Below, in pieces: positions 1-7,779 of a DNA stretch of 54,939 bases (position 1 is the stretch's first letter; every line of letters begins with the position of its first letter). Made by a program: the position numbers and the translations under genes. The notes under the pieces are model-generated. The model made no database searches and was not told the origin of the DNA. It saw only the letters and a list, made by a program, of their open reading frames with translations. The stretch lies in the sequence record SRR31156797_10130; one strand, written 5' to 3'.

Positions 1-28
1 GCCAGTCCCCGCTGGCGGGCTCCTTTTT
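1..28 (+). terminator. Partial intrinsic terminator of an upstream gene
   Basis: GCCAG-loop-CTGGC stem followed by GGGCTCC and a T-tract; the 5' arm is cut by the window edge. Confidence 0.5.
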
Positions 29-40
29 GTGAGATTGGAC

Positions 41-69
41 TTGCATTTCTTCCTAGAAAGGATTATCTT
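41..69 (+). promoter_or_regulatory. SigA promoter of tRNA-Leu
   Basis: TTGCAT(41-46)-17 bp-TATCTT(64-69), 8 nt before the tRNA. Confidence 0.65.
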
Positions 70-77
70 TATCTTAT

Positions 78-159
78 GCGGAAGTGGCGGAATGGCAGAC
101 GCGCACGCTTCAGGCGCGTGTGAGTTTATCTCGTGTGGGTTCAACTCCCATCTTCCGCA
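78..159 (+). tRNA. tRNA-Leu(CAG), CCA not encoded
   Basis: Acceptor GCGGAAG/CTTCCGC plus discriminator A; D arm GGCGGAATGGCAGACGC; anticodon stem CACGC/GCGTG with loop TTCAGGC; long variable arm GAG-TTTAT-CTC; T loop TTCAACT. Confidence 0.96.
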
Positions 160-162
160 TTT

Positions 163-192
163 AGCAGTTCAGCTTTCTGAACTGCTTTTTTT
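163..192 (+). terminator. tRNA terminator
   Basis: AGCAGTTCAG/CTGAACTGCT hairpin followed by a T-tract. Confidence 0.85.
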
Positions 193-197
193 GTTGC

Positions 198-231
198 AAA
201 AAGCGCATGTTCATCGAATAAACATGCGCTC
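198..231 (-). terminator. Terminator of oppA-like gene
   Basis: AGCGCATGTT/AACATGCGCT hairpin with a T-tract on the minus strand. Confidence 0.75.
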
Positions 232-252
232 TTCATTCAGCTATTTTTCTCC

Positions 253-1905
253 TTATTCACTGACATAGGCGGTGCGGAAAAAGAAATGCGCGCCATAGGC
301 TGGGAATTGGATGTCTTTTACATTTGATTTGATCAGATAATTTGAAGCACTTTGGTATAGAGGGACTTGCGCAGCATCTTGTTCCAACAAAATTTCTTCT
401 GCCGCTTTGTAATCTTCAAAATATTGATCGGGGTCATTGGCATGAACGGTGCGAGCATCTTCCGTCAATGCCGTATATTCTTCGTTGACATAGCCGCCGT
501 AGTTAAAGGAAGCGCCATTTTTGTATAAGATAAAGAACATATCCATGTCACTACTTCCAGCGATCCAGCCAGAAACGGAAAGCTCGTAATCACTATTTGC
601 TCTTGATTGATTCAAGCTGGCACGTGGCTGTTTGTTGATGGAGATCGACAAGCCTGGCAAGTTTTCTTGCAGTTGGCTTTGCAAGTACTCCCCGATTTTT
701 TGACCATTGTCATCATCTGTCACTAATAAACGCAACGTCGTACTTTCGCCAATTTCCGCTTGGGCTTTTTCCCACTCTTCCTTGGCCGCCTCTAAATCAT
801 ACAAGTTGTAATCACCGCTATATGCTCGAAAATCTTCACCGGTATTTGGATTCGCAGCTAAGCCGGTGGGGATCAGCCCGTTTAAAACTTTCGCTCCATC
901 GTTCAACACATTAGCCACGAGACTTTCTTTGTCGATCGCCAACGCGATCGCTTTACGCACATGAACATTTGCCAAGGCATCGTTGGCCGTTTTGTTAAAG
1001 TCTAAGAAAAAGTTCGCAACATCATTTTGCGTAACTAGCTCTTCATTGTCTCCATATTGTTGAACGTAGATCCCACTGATTTTTTGCAAATCCAGGTCGC
1101 CGCTTTCAAACAATTGGATCCCAGTATTTTCTTCTTTGATGGTGGAGCCTTTGATCTCTTCCAATTGAACGACATCAGCATCATAGTATTGGTCATTTTT
1201 CACCAATGTCCACTCATCCCCAGTCTGTTGCCAATCGGTCAAGGTAAAGGGACCAGAATACAGCAAATCTTCACTTGTACGAGCATAGGTATCACCTTTT
1301 TCTTCAACAAAGGCTTGGTTTTGCGGTGCCAACCAGCCGATGGAAATCAAGGATAAAAAGGATGGCTGTGGCTGCTCCAACTGCACGATAAAGGTCGCGT
1401 CATCTGGGGTCTCCAGACCAATCGTTTCTATATCAGCATTGCCTTCACGAATGTCTTTACTATTAACTACATTATCTAACAAATAGGCGTTAGGTCCCAT
1501 CGTTGCTGGATCGACTAACTTTTTCCACGCATAAGCAAAGTCAGCTGAAGTGATCGCTTCGCCATTGCTCCACTTCGCATCCTCTCGCAAGGTAAAGGTA
1601 TAGGTTTTGCCATCTTCACTGATTTCGACTCCTTCTGCCAAGCCCGGAACTGGTTCACTGTTTTCATCGAAACGGTAAAGCCCTTCGAATAAATGTTGAA
1701 CGATGGTAAATGTTGCTTTATCCGTCGTTTGAGTCGTATCGAGAGTCGTCAGCTCAGCCGGTAGACTCACCGCAATCGCTTGATTCGGCGCTCCGTTAGT
1801 TTCAGCCTCTGATCCCTCGGTATTTCCTGTTGTCGTGCAGCCGGAAAGGGTCAACCCAATCACTCCTGCTGCAACCAATAAACGCTTCTTCCAGATCATT
1901 TCCAT
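253..1905 (-). CDS. oppA: Oligopeptide ABC transporter substrate-binding lipoprotein (SBP family 5)
   Basis: Lipobox LSGC; TLD..LFEGL, YTFTLREDAKWSNG and GPF motifs; start reassigned to ATG 1905 after AGGAGG. Confidence 0.92.
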   Translation of the reverse strand: MEMIWKKRLLVAAGVIGLTLSGCTTTGNTEGSEAETNGAPNQAIAVSLPAELTTLDTTQTTDKATFTIVQHLFEGLYRFDENSEPVPGLAEGVEISEDGKTYTFTLREDAKWSNGEAITSADFAYAWKKLVDPATMGPNAYLLDNVVNSKDIREGNADIETIGLETPDDATFIVQLEQPQPSFLSLISIGWLAPQNQAFVEEKGDTYARTSEDLLYSGPFTLTDWQQTGDEWTLVKNDQYYDADVVQLEEIKGSTIKEENTGIQLFESGDLDLQKISGIYVQQYGDNEELVTQNDVANFFLDFNKTANDALANVHVRKAIALAIDKESLVANVLNDGAKVLNGLIPTGLAANPNTGEDFRAYSGDYNLYDLEAAKEEWEKAQAEIGESTTLRLLVTDDDNGQKIGEYLQSQLQENLPGLSISINKQPRASLNQSRANSDYELSVSGWIAGSSDMDMFFILYKNGASFNYGGYVNEEYTALTEDARTVHANDPDQYFEDYKAAEEILLEQDAAQVPLYQSASNYLIKSNVKDIQFPAYGAHFFFRTAYVSE

Positions 1906-1980
1906 TCTTCCTCCTATGTGATTGCGCAACCAACGCAAGTGTTTTTCATGACGGCAAAAAACGCATTCATCGATAAAAAG

Positions 1981-2245
1981 AAAAAACCTCATCCCTTTGC
2001 TTATCAATTTTGACAAACAAAGGGACGAGATTTTCGTGTTACCACCCTTTTTCGCACCATCCTCACAAATGGCACCTCAACAGTACGCTAAGATACTTGG
2101 CACGATAACGGCTGCTTTCCGTCTGATTTGCGTGAACAAATCAGATCACTCAGAGCTCATCTTCACTTTTTTTCTGCTGCCCTTTCTCACCATCCGGGTT
2201 CTCTTCTAACAGATTCCAAAGCTACTCTTCTCTTCATCGTCTTTC
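1981..2245 (-). ncRNA. T-box riboswitch, Met (AUG) specifier
   Basis: Minus strand: GAGTAG, AGAGA and GGTGAG stem-I motifs; GAAG-ATG-A specifier (2160-2158); T-box AAGGGTGGTAACACG (2049-2035); terminator CTCGTCCCTTTG/CAAAGGGATGAG plus T-tract. Confidence 0.93.
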
Positions 2246-2302
2246 TTTTTATCTAAAAAACAGGTAAATGACGTTTTTTGGTCTATTTCATGATTGTTAT
2301 AA

Positions 2303-2331
2303 AGTATACTATTGGTGTTTTTGGAAGTCAA
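2303..2331 (-). promoter_or_regulatory. SigA promoter of T-box/oppA
   Basis: TTGACT-17 bp-TATACT on the minus strand. Confidence 0.75.
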
Positions 2332-2392
2332 CAAGAATTGCGAATATTCAGTTTTTTATGATTTTTCTGGCAGACCTTTTTTTGCATCTTGC

Positions 2393-2421
2393 TTGCCTTT
2401 CATCACGTTCTTCTCTAGGAT
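2393..2421 (+). promoter_or_regulatory. Putative SigA promoter of DIP1984 gene
   Basis: TTGCCT(2393-2398)-17 bp-TAGGAT(2416-2421). Confidence 0.5.
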
Positions 2422-2467
2422 AAGAACTAGATAAGCTGTTCTCATTTGTAAAAAGGAGTGTGCCAAA

Positions 2468-2920
2468 ATGAAATTAGCAGAAGCGTTACTTTTAAGACGG
2501 GATTTGAACAATCGTCTGTTTCAATTACGTAACGAGATCTCTAGCAGTGTGTTAGTCCAAGAAGGCGATACCTTGGATCGTAGTATCACAGAATTGTTCA
2601 AGGAATACGATGAGATCAATCAACAATATTCAGAATTAGTCGTTGCCATCAATCGGAAAAATGCGACTGCCTCTTTAGCAGATAGTGCGTTATTGCTGAT
2701 GGAAGCACTAGAACAGCGAGAACAGCTGCGCCGCAAGCATGCACTGCTAACGCAAGCACTGGATGAAACCAAAGCAGCTCCCCGAATAGGTCGCAACGAA
2801 ATTCGACTGGTGCGTACGATCGATACAAAAACGCTAACGGAGCAATTGAATGCGACCGCCAAGCAGCTGCGAGAATTAGATGGAAAGATCCAACAAACCA
2901 ACTGGCTAGTCGATCTTTAA
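2468..2920 (+). CDS. DIP1984-family all-helical coiled-coil protein, function unknown
   Basis: Characteristic N-terminus MKLAEALLLR, VQEG motif, C-terminus LDGKIQQTNW; RBS AAAGGAG. Confidence 0.88.
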   Translation: MKLAEALLLRRDLNNRLFQLRNEISSSVLVQEGDTLDRSITELFKEYDEINQQYSELVVAINRKNATASLADSALLLMEALEQREQLRRKHALLTQALDETKAAPRIGRNEIRLVRTIDTKTLTEQLNATAKQLRELDGKIQQTNWLVDL

Positions 2921-2927
2921 TCAATAT

Positions 2928-3085
2928 GGGTGGGTGTCAAAGGCGAGCACAAAGCAGGTACAGGCTGATATGTACACTATGGAACGTCTGGCAGAGACGT
3001 AAACGTAACAACCACTGCTTACGAATCACAATCGTAACAATCACATTGTATTTTTTAGCGACCACGTGCTGATTTGACTGGATGG
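2928..3085 (+). ncRNA. Putative novel structured RNA in the 3' region of the DIP1984 gene
   Basis: Six mutually compatible helices including an end-to-end closing stem, two 12-nt repeats, and a downstream terminator (see findings). Confidence 0.65.
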
Positions 3086-3088
3086 GAA

Positions 3089-3123
3089 AAACCCTCTTCT
3101 TTTTTGAGAAGAGGGTTGTTTTT
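3089..3123 (+). terminator. Bidirectional intrinsic terminator
   Basis: AACCCTCTTCT/AGAAGAGGGTT hairpin with an A-tract before and a T-rich tract after, between convergent genes. Confidence 0.85.
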
Positions 3124-3155
3124 ATCGTATCCAGTCGTACATGGAGGCGGCTCTT

Positions 3156-3872
3156 TTACTGCGAAGCCTGCTGCTTGTTACTCACAGCGGAAGGACGCGC
3201 CAGAAACGCTTGCCCTTTCTCACTGCTCCAAAACTCCTTCATCAATGCCGTCAATCCCTCTTTGGTTTGATTGGCACCAAAGAAAGGACTGCCGGGTTCC
3301 AACATGATGCCATTAGCTAAAGCACCGATAGGAAAGGGATCAAAGCCGAAAGCGTCAACGATTTCGTCTGTCTGATCGAGGGCGGTTTGGTCATCACCAG
3401 CAATGGCGATGGCTTTTTTGGCAGTTCCTTGAGCAGCCGTTCTCGTCAGCAAGGATTCCTCTTGGATGTCGTGGTACCCCATATGATTGAATCCTTTGAC
3501 TACTTTACTTTGGGAAAAATAGCGTTGCACACGTTCCGAAGAAGTCTGCTCGATGGATGAGTATTCTGTTTCTTTGCCATCGACTTCCCACCAATAATTC
3601 ATGGCATCGATCACTAGCTTACCAGCCAAAGCTTCTGCCGGCAGCTGTTGGTACTTACTCAACGGAATGGCCAAAATGATCGTTTGAGCTTCCGCCATCA
3701 CTTCAGCGGCATTTTTTGCGATTGCTCCCGGAGCCAACACAGAAACGGACAAGGCGATTTTTTCTGCTGGCTTCGTACTAGCAATCAAGACCCGATAGCC
3801 CGCCTGGGCACCAAGATTTGCGAGCGCTAAGCCTAACTTGCCTGCGCCTAAAATACCGATGGTTTTAGGCAT
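3156..3872 (-). CDS. NADPH-dependent F420-reductase-like dinucleotide-binding oxidoreductase
   Basis: GILGAGKLG Rossmann motif, IDAMNY and VVKGFN motifs; overlaps the LLM gene stop; start could be 3872, 3878 or 3881. Confidence 0.85.
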   Translation of the reverse strand: MPKTIGILGAGKLGLALANLGAQAGYRVLIASTKPAEKIALSVSVLAPGAIAKNAAEVMAEAQTIILAIPLSKYQQLPAEALAGKLVIDAMNYWWEVDGKETEYSSIEQTSSERVQRYFSQSKVVKGFNHMGYHDIQEESLLTRTAAQGTAKKAIAIAGDDQTALDQTDEIVDAFGFDPFPIGALANGIMLEPGSPFFGANQTKEGLTALMKEFWSSEKGQAFLARPSAVSNKQQASQ

Positions 3873-4926
3873 TGCCATCACCTGCTGCCAACAATTCTTT
3901 CACTCGTGGAATCACTTTGGTTCCATACAATTCAATCGTTTTGAAACGGTCTTTTTGCAGCTGGCCGCCAGTACCGTAAACCAGATCAAAGCGTTCTACA
4001 CCGACTTGCGGCATCATACGGGCGATTTTTTGCGCCACGGTTTCTGGACTGCCAACATAATAAGACCCATGTTCGACTTCAAAGTCAAAGCGCTCTTTGC
4101 TCATAGCTGGCCAGCCGCGATCAAGACCGATTTTGTCCATGCTCTTTTTGATGTAATTCCAGCCGATTTCATAGGCTTCTTCGTCGGTATCGGCGATCAC
4201 ACCATGAGAGTGCATGCCGATTGGTAAAATCGGTTGCCCCAGTTGCTGCGCTGCCTTTTTATATAGGTCAACATAGGGCGCAAAACGAGCGGGTTCGCCA
4301 CCGATGATCGCTAACATAACAGGAAACCCATAACGGACGGCACGAATGATCGATTCAGGGGTTCCACCGACACCCACATAGGTATCTAGTTGATGCCCCT
4401 CAATTTTTGGAAAAACGTCGGCATGTTTTAAGGATTGCGTAAACTTGCCTTCCCAAGTTAATGGTTTGCCTTTTCTCAATTCACTGAACATTGCTGTTTT
4501 TTCTTCAAATAGTTCTTCATAATCTTGCAAGTCGTAGCCGAATAGAGGGAATGATTCAGTAAAAGATCCTCGTCCCAGCATGATTTGTGCGCGACCGTTC
4601 GACAACGCATCAACGGTCGCGAACCGTTCGTAGACCCGCACAGGATCATCCGAACTCAAGACAGTTACACCGGTACCTAATTTGATGGTTTTGGTAACCA
4701 TTGCTAAAGCCGCTAGTACCGTATCAGGACTTGAGATCGAATATTCTTCCCGATGGTGCTCCCCTAAGGCAATGACATCGATGCCGACTTCATCGGCTAA
4801 TTTTCCTTCTGCTACGATATTGCGCAACGATTCGCTGTAACTGATTCGTTCTTTCGTTGTATCATCAAAGGCTAGATCGCCAAAAGTATCTAACCCAAAT
4901 TCAAGATTTCTGTGATTGATGGTCAT
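3865..4926 (-). CDS. LLM-class (luciferase-like) flavin-dependent oxidoreductase
   Basis: GEHHR, LSSDDPVRVYERFATVD and GRGSFTESF motifs; RBS GAGG before ATG 4926. Confidence 0.92.
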   Translation of the reverse strand: MTINHRNLEFGLDTFGDLAFDDTTKERISYSESLRNIVAEGKLADEVGIDVIALGEHHREEYSISSPDTVLAALAMVTKTIKLGTGVTVLSSDDPVRVYERFATVDALSNGRAQIMLGRGSFTESFPLFGYDLQDYEELFEEKTAMFSELRKGKPLTWEGKFTQSLKHADVFPKIEGHQLDTYVGVGGTPESIIRAVRYGFPVMLAIIGGEPARFAPYVDLYKKAAQQLGQPILPIGMHSHGVIADTDEEAYEIGWNYIKKSMDKIGLDRGWPAMSKERFDFEVEHGSYYVGSPETVAQKIARMMPQVGVERFDLVYGTGGQLQKDRFKTIELYGTKVIPRVKELLAAGDGNA

Positions 4927-5009
4927 TTTCTTTTCCTCATTTCTCATTTCTCATTACTGATTCTCTGTTCTCACTATAACAAGGAACAAAAAAAGTTGCG
5001 AACAATATG

Positions 5010-5024
5010 CTTACTTTTTGTAAG
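5010..5024. promoter_or_regulatory. Palindromic operator, HxlR/DUF24-like
   Basis: CTTAC-TTTTT-GTAAG upstream of the LLM/reductase operon. Confidence 0.5.
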
Positions 5025-5042
5025 TTAACGATTTTAAAGCGA

Positions 5043-5080
5043 AAAAAACACTTTCCCGAACAAAAATTCAGGAAAGTGTT
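5043..5080 (-). terminator. Intrinsic terminator
   Basis: AAACACTTTCC/GGAAAGTGTTT hairpin with a minus-strand T-tract. Confidence 0.8.
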
Positions 5081-5086
5081 TGGTCT

Positions 5087-5449
5087 TTAAAGATAGATCC
5101 CCTTACGATGGAGATTCACTAAGCATTCTTCCAAGTATGCTTCATCATGTTCTGGATAGATCGGCGTAGTCAAAGGGACGGCTTGAACGGATGATTCCAG
5201 CGGCAGATTTTTGCCACGATACGCCGGATCGTACCATTCAGGTGCTGGCCGATAGCCTCGACGGGTCATTTCATCCAGCACTAACTGATGGTATTGAAAC
5301 AATTTATAGGGTGGATGAGTAAAAACGTAATCGACGGTTGCATGCTTCTTGCCCCAGCCTAACCCTCGTAAGGCTGCTGCTTCACGATGCTGGCCTAACA
5401 GCTGCTGCCGAGGCAAAGCAGGTATCAGTGCTTCATGCCATAAGCGCAT
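5087..5449 (-). CDS. TIGR02328-family protein (pyrimidine dimer DNA glycosylase-like)
   Basis: MRLWH..LPRQQLLGQHRE..ALRG.GWGKKHATV signature. Confidence 0.9.
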   Translation of the reverse strand: MRLWHEALIPALPRQQLLGQHREAAALRGLGWGKKHATVDYVFTHPPYKLFQYHQLVLDEMTRRGYRPAPEWYDPAYRGKNLPLESSVQAVPLTTPIYPEHDEAYLEECLVNLHRKGIYL

Positions 5450-5463
5450 CGGTTCAGCCTCCT

Positions 5464-6432
5464 TTATTCTGCGTCTTGGCTGATGAAATTGTCTTGATTT
5501 TCAATAACGATCTTGCCGACCGCATGATGTGTCTCACTCAATGCGTGGGCATCGTAAATTCCTTGTGCCGTCAATGGGAAGGTTGCACCGATGACACTGT
5601 TGACTTTTTCTGCTTCGATCAGCTCTGTCAATTCTGCCAATTGTTTGCCGTTGGTTCGTAACCAAACTGCTTTGGCGAAGATGTCTTTTTCTTTTGCCAA
5701 GTCTTCGTCTTCAATACTCAAAATCGAGATCAGACGGCCCTTAGGTTTTAAGACAGTGAAACTTTTCTTCTGGGTGTCGCCCCCCATCGTATCAAAGACC
5801 AAATCGATGTCTTGCAAGACTTCTTCAAAATCTGTCGTGTGGTAATCGATGATCTCATCGGCACCAAGTTTTTGCAATAACTCATGGTTACGTGGACTAG
5901 CCGTCGTGATGACGTAAGCGCCAACTGCTTTGGCCAGTTGGATCGCATAGGTACCAACTCCGCCTGCTCCGGCATGGATCAAGACTTTTTCCCCTTCTTT
6001 TAAACGACCGTGTTCAAACAACGCTTGGTAAGCAGTCAAACCAGCTAATGGCACTGCAGCTGCTTCTGCGTAGTTTTGGTTTTCTGGTTTAATCGCTGCT
6101 AACTCAGCATCCACGATGGCATAATCAGCATACGTCCCAAAACGAGTCGTTTCAGGGCGGGCATAGATTGCATCACCAACTTTGAATTCTGTCACGTCAG
6201 CGCCTATTTCTACGATATCCCCTGCGACATCCCAGCCTAAAATAATTGGGAAGTCCCATGGAAACATTTGTTTCAAATAGCCTTCTCTTAATTTCCAATC
6301 GATTGGGTTGATGGATGTTGCGGCAACTTTGACTAATAATTGATTTGCTTTTAATTCTGGTAATTGGACCGTTGCTTCTTTTAATTGGTCTTTTCCACCA
6401 TAGGCTTCAATAACGACAGCACGTGTTTCCAT
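5464..6432 (-). CDS. NADP-dependent quinone oxidoreductase (MDR family)
   Basis: SINPIDWK, ILGWDVAG and HAGAGGVG motifs; RBS AAGGAG before ATG 6432. Confidence 0.9.
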   Translation of the reverse strand: METRAVVIEAYGGKDQLKEATVQLPELKANQLLVKVAATSINPIDWKLREGYLKQMFPWDFPIILGWDVAGDIVEIGADVTEFKVGDAIYARPETTRFGTYADYAIVDAELAAIKPENQNYAEAAAVPLAGLTAYQALFEHGRLKEGEKVLIHAGAGGVGTYAIQLAKAVGAYVITTASPRNHELLQKLGADEIIDYHTTDFEEVLQDIDLVFDTMGGDTQKKSFTVLKPKGRLISILSIEDEDLAKEKDIFAKAVWLRTNGKQLAELTELIEAEKVNSVIGATFPLTAQGIYDAHALSETHHAVGKIVIENQDNFISQDAE

Positions 6433-6699
6433 TGATGCTTCACTCCTTACATTCATTCTTCATCAAAGAGAGGTTCCTGTTTTTCCATCCCTTGATTTCT
6501 CACTTCCCTAGCTTAGGCAAAAGGAAGAAATTTGACAAATGATATGTTTGGAAACTGCCGCAGCCACCTGGCCGTTCCTCCTGCTAAGCCTTGAAAGAAA
6601 CGGGTTTATTTTTTCTTCATTTTTTTATTGCCTTTTCTTTAAAAATCAATTACGCTACTCAAGAAATACGAAATTGTAGAGAAAGAAGGAATTGATGAA

Positions 6700-7779
6700 T
6701 TGAAAAGGTTGTGGGTATTTTTTGGCGGTGTGATCGGCATCACCGCATTGCTGTTTTTCGGTGCTTCGGTGTTAACGAAAGAATCGGGGGCAGCAACGTC
6801 GTCCGACAAAAATACAGTGATTATTTACAATTGGGGCGAATATATTGACCCCGAATTGATCAAAACATTCGAAACTGAGACTGGTTACTCAGTGATTTAT
6901 AATACATTTGACTCCAACGAAGCGATGGAAACAAAAATCAAACAAGGCGGCTCACGCTATGATTTGGTTTTCCCTAGCGAATCGATCATTCCGAAAATGA
7001 TCGAAGAAGGACTGTTAGTGCCTTTAGACCATCAGAAATTGACGGGAACGGAAGATCTGTCGCCTTTTTTGATGGACCAAACCTTTGATCCGGACAATAC
7101 CTACTCGATCCCCTATTTTTGGGGCACGATCGGGATCATGGCAAATACTGAAGAAGTCGATGTTTCTTCGATCCATGGCTGGGGGGATTTATGGAACCCT
7201 GCATTTAAAAATGATGTATTGATGGTGGATGGTGCTCGCGAAACCTTAGGAATCGTGTTACAGACGCTCGGTCTTTCCCAAAATGAAAAGGACCCGACCA
7301 AAGTCGCCAAAGCCTTGAAGAAGCTGGAAAGTATCCGTCCCAATGTCAAAGCAGTTTTGACCGACGAGATCAAAACCTTGATGATCAACAACGATGCCCC
7401 TTTAGGAATCGGGTATTCGGGCGATGCCGCTTATGTGATGGCGGAAAATCCTGCCGTCACCTATATCGTTCCCAATGACGGCGGTGCGATTTGGACAGAC
7501 AATTTTGCGATCCCGAAAACCGTTGGTAATCTTGAAGGAGCCTACGCCTTCATCAACTTTATGCTGCGACCAGAAAATGCCGCACAAAATGCCGAATACG
7601 TGGGCTATGCCACGCCGAGTGAAACGGCCAAAGCCATGCTGCCGGCTGAACTGACTGCTGACAAAGCTTTCTACCCTGAGCCAAGTGCGATGGAACAAAT
7701 GGAACATTATGAATATTTAGGAAAAGAAGCGGTTGAGCTTTACAACGACCTTTTCCTTGAATGGAAGTTGGGATTATAA
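6700..7779 (+). CDS. potD: Spermidine/putrescine-binding protein
   Basis: YNWGEYID, FDSNEAM, SIPYFWGT and IWTDN motifs; N-terminal TM anchor. Confidence 0.88.
   Translation: MKRLWVFFGGVIGITALLFFGASVLTKESGAATSSDKNTVIIYNWGEYIDPELIKTFETETGYSVIYNTFDSNEAMETKIKQGGSRYDLVFPSESIIPKMIEEGLLVPLDHQKLTGTEDLSPFLMDQTFDPDNTYSIPYFWGTIGIMANTEEVDVSSIHGWGDLWNPAFKNDVLMVDGARETLGIVLQTLGLSQNEKDPTKVAKALKKLESIRPNVKAVLTDEIKTLMINNDAPLGIGYSGDAAYVMAENPAVTYIVPNDGGAIWTDNFAIPKTVGNLEGAYAFINFMLRPENAAQNAEYVGYATPSETAKAMLPAELTADKAFYPEPSAMEQMEHYEYLGKEAVELYNDLFLEWKLGL

Noticed and set aside
29-268. 79-aa ORF
   Set aside because: It overlaps the tRNA-Leu, its promoter and its terminator, so it is spurious.
1906-2209. N-terminal extension of oppA to 2016 and the 70-aa ORF 1997-2209
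   Set aside because: Both lie in the T-box leader; the SD and signal peptide place the start at 1905.
2468-2920. Cytolysin (septicolysin) label sometimes attached to this family
   Set aside because: The protein is 150 aa, has no signal peptide and lacks the cholesterol-dependent cytolysin undecapeptide.
3004-3044. Mini-CRISPR reading of the 12-nt repeats
   Set aside because: Repeats and spacer are far too short, there are only two copies, and no cas genes are present.
2928-3085. Retron msr-msd or riboswitch reading of the structured RNA
   Set aside because: There is no reverse transcriptase in the window, and the RNA lies 3' of its gene facing a convergent gene, so it has no downstream gene to switch.
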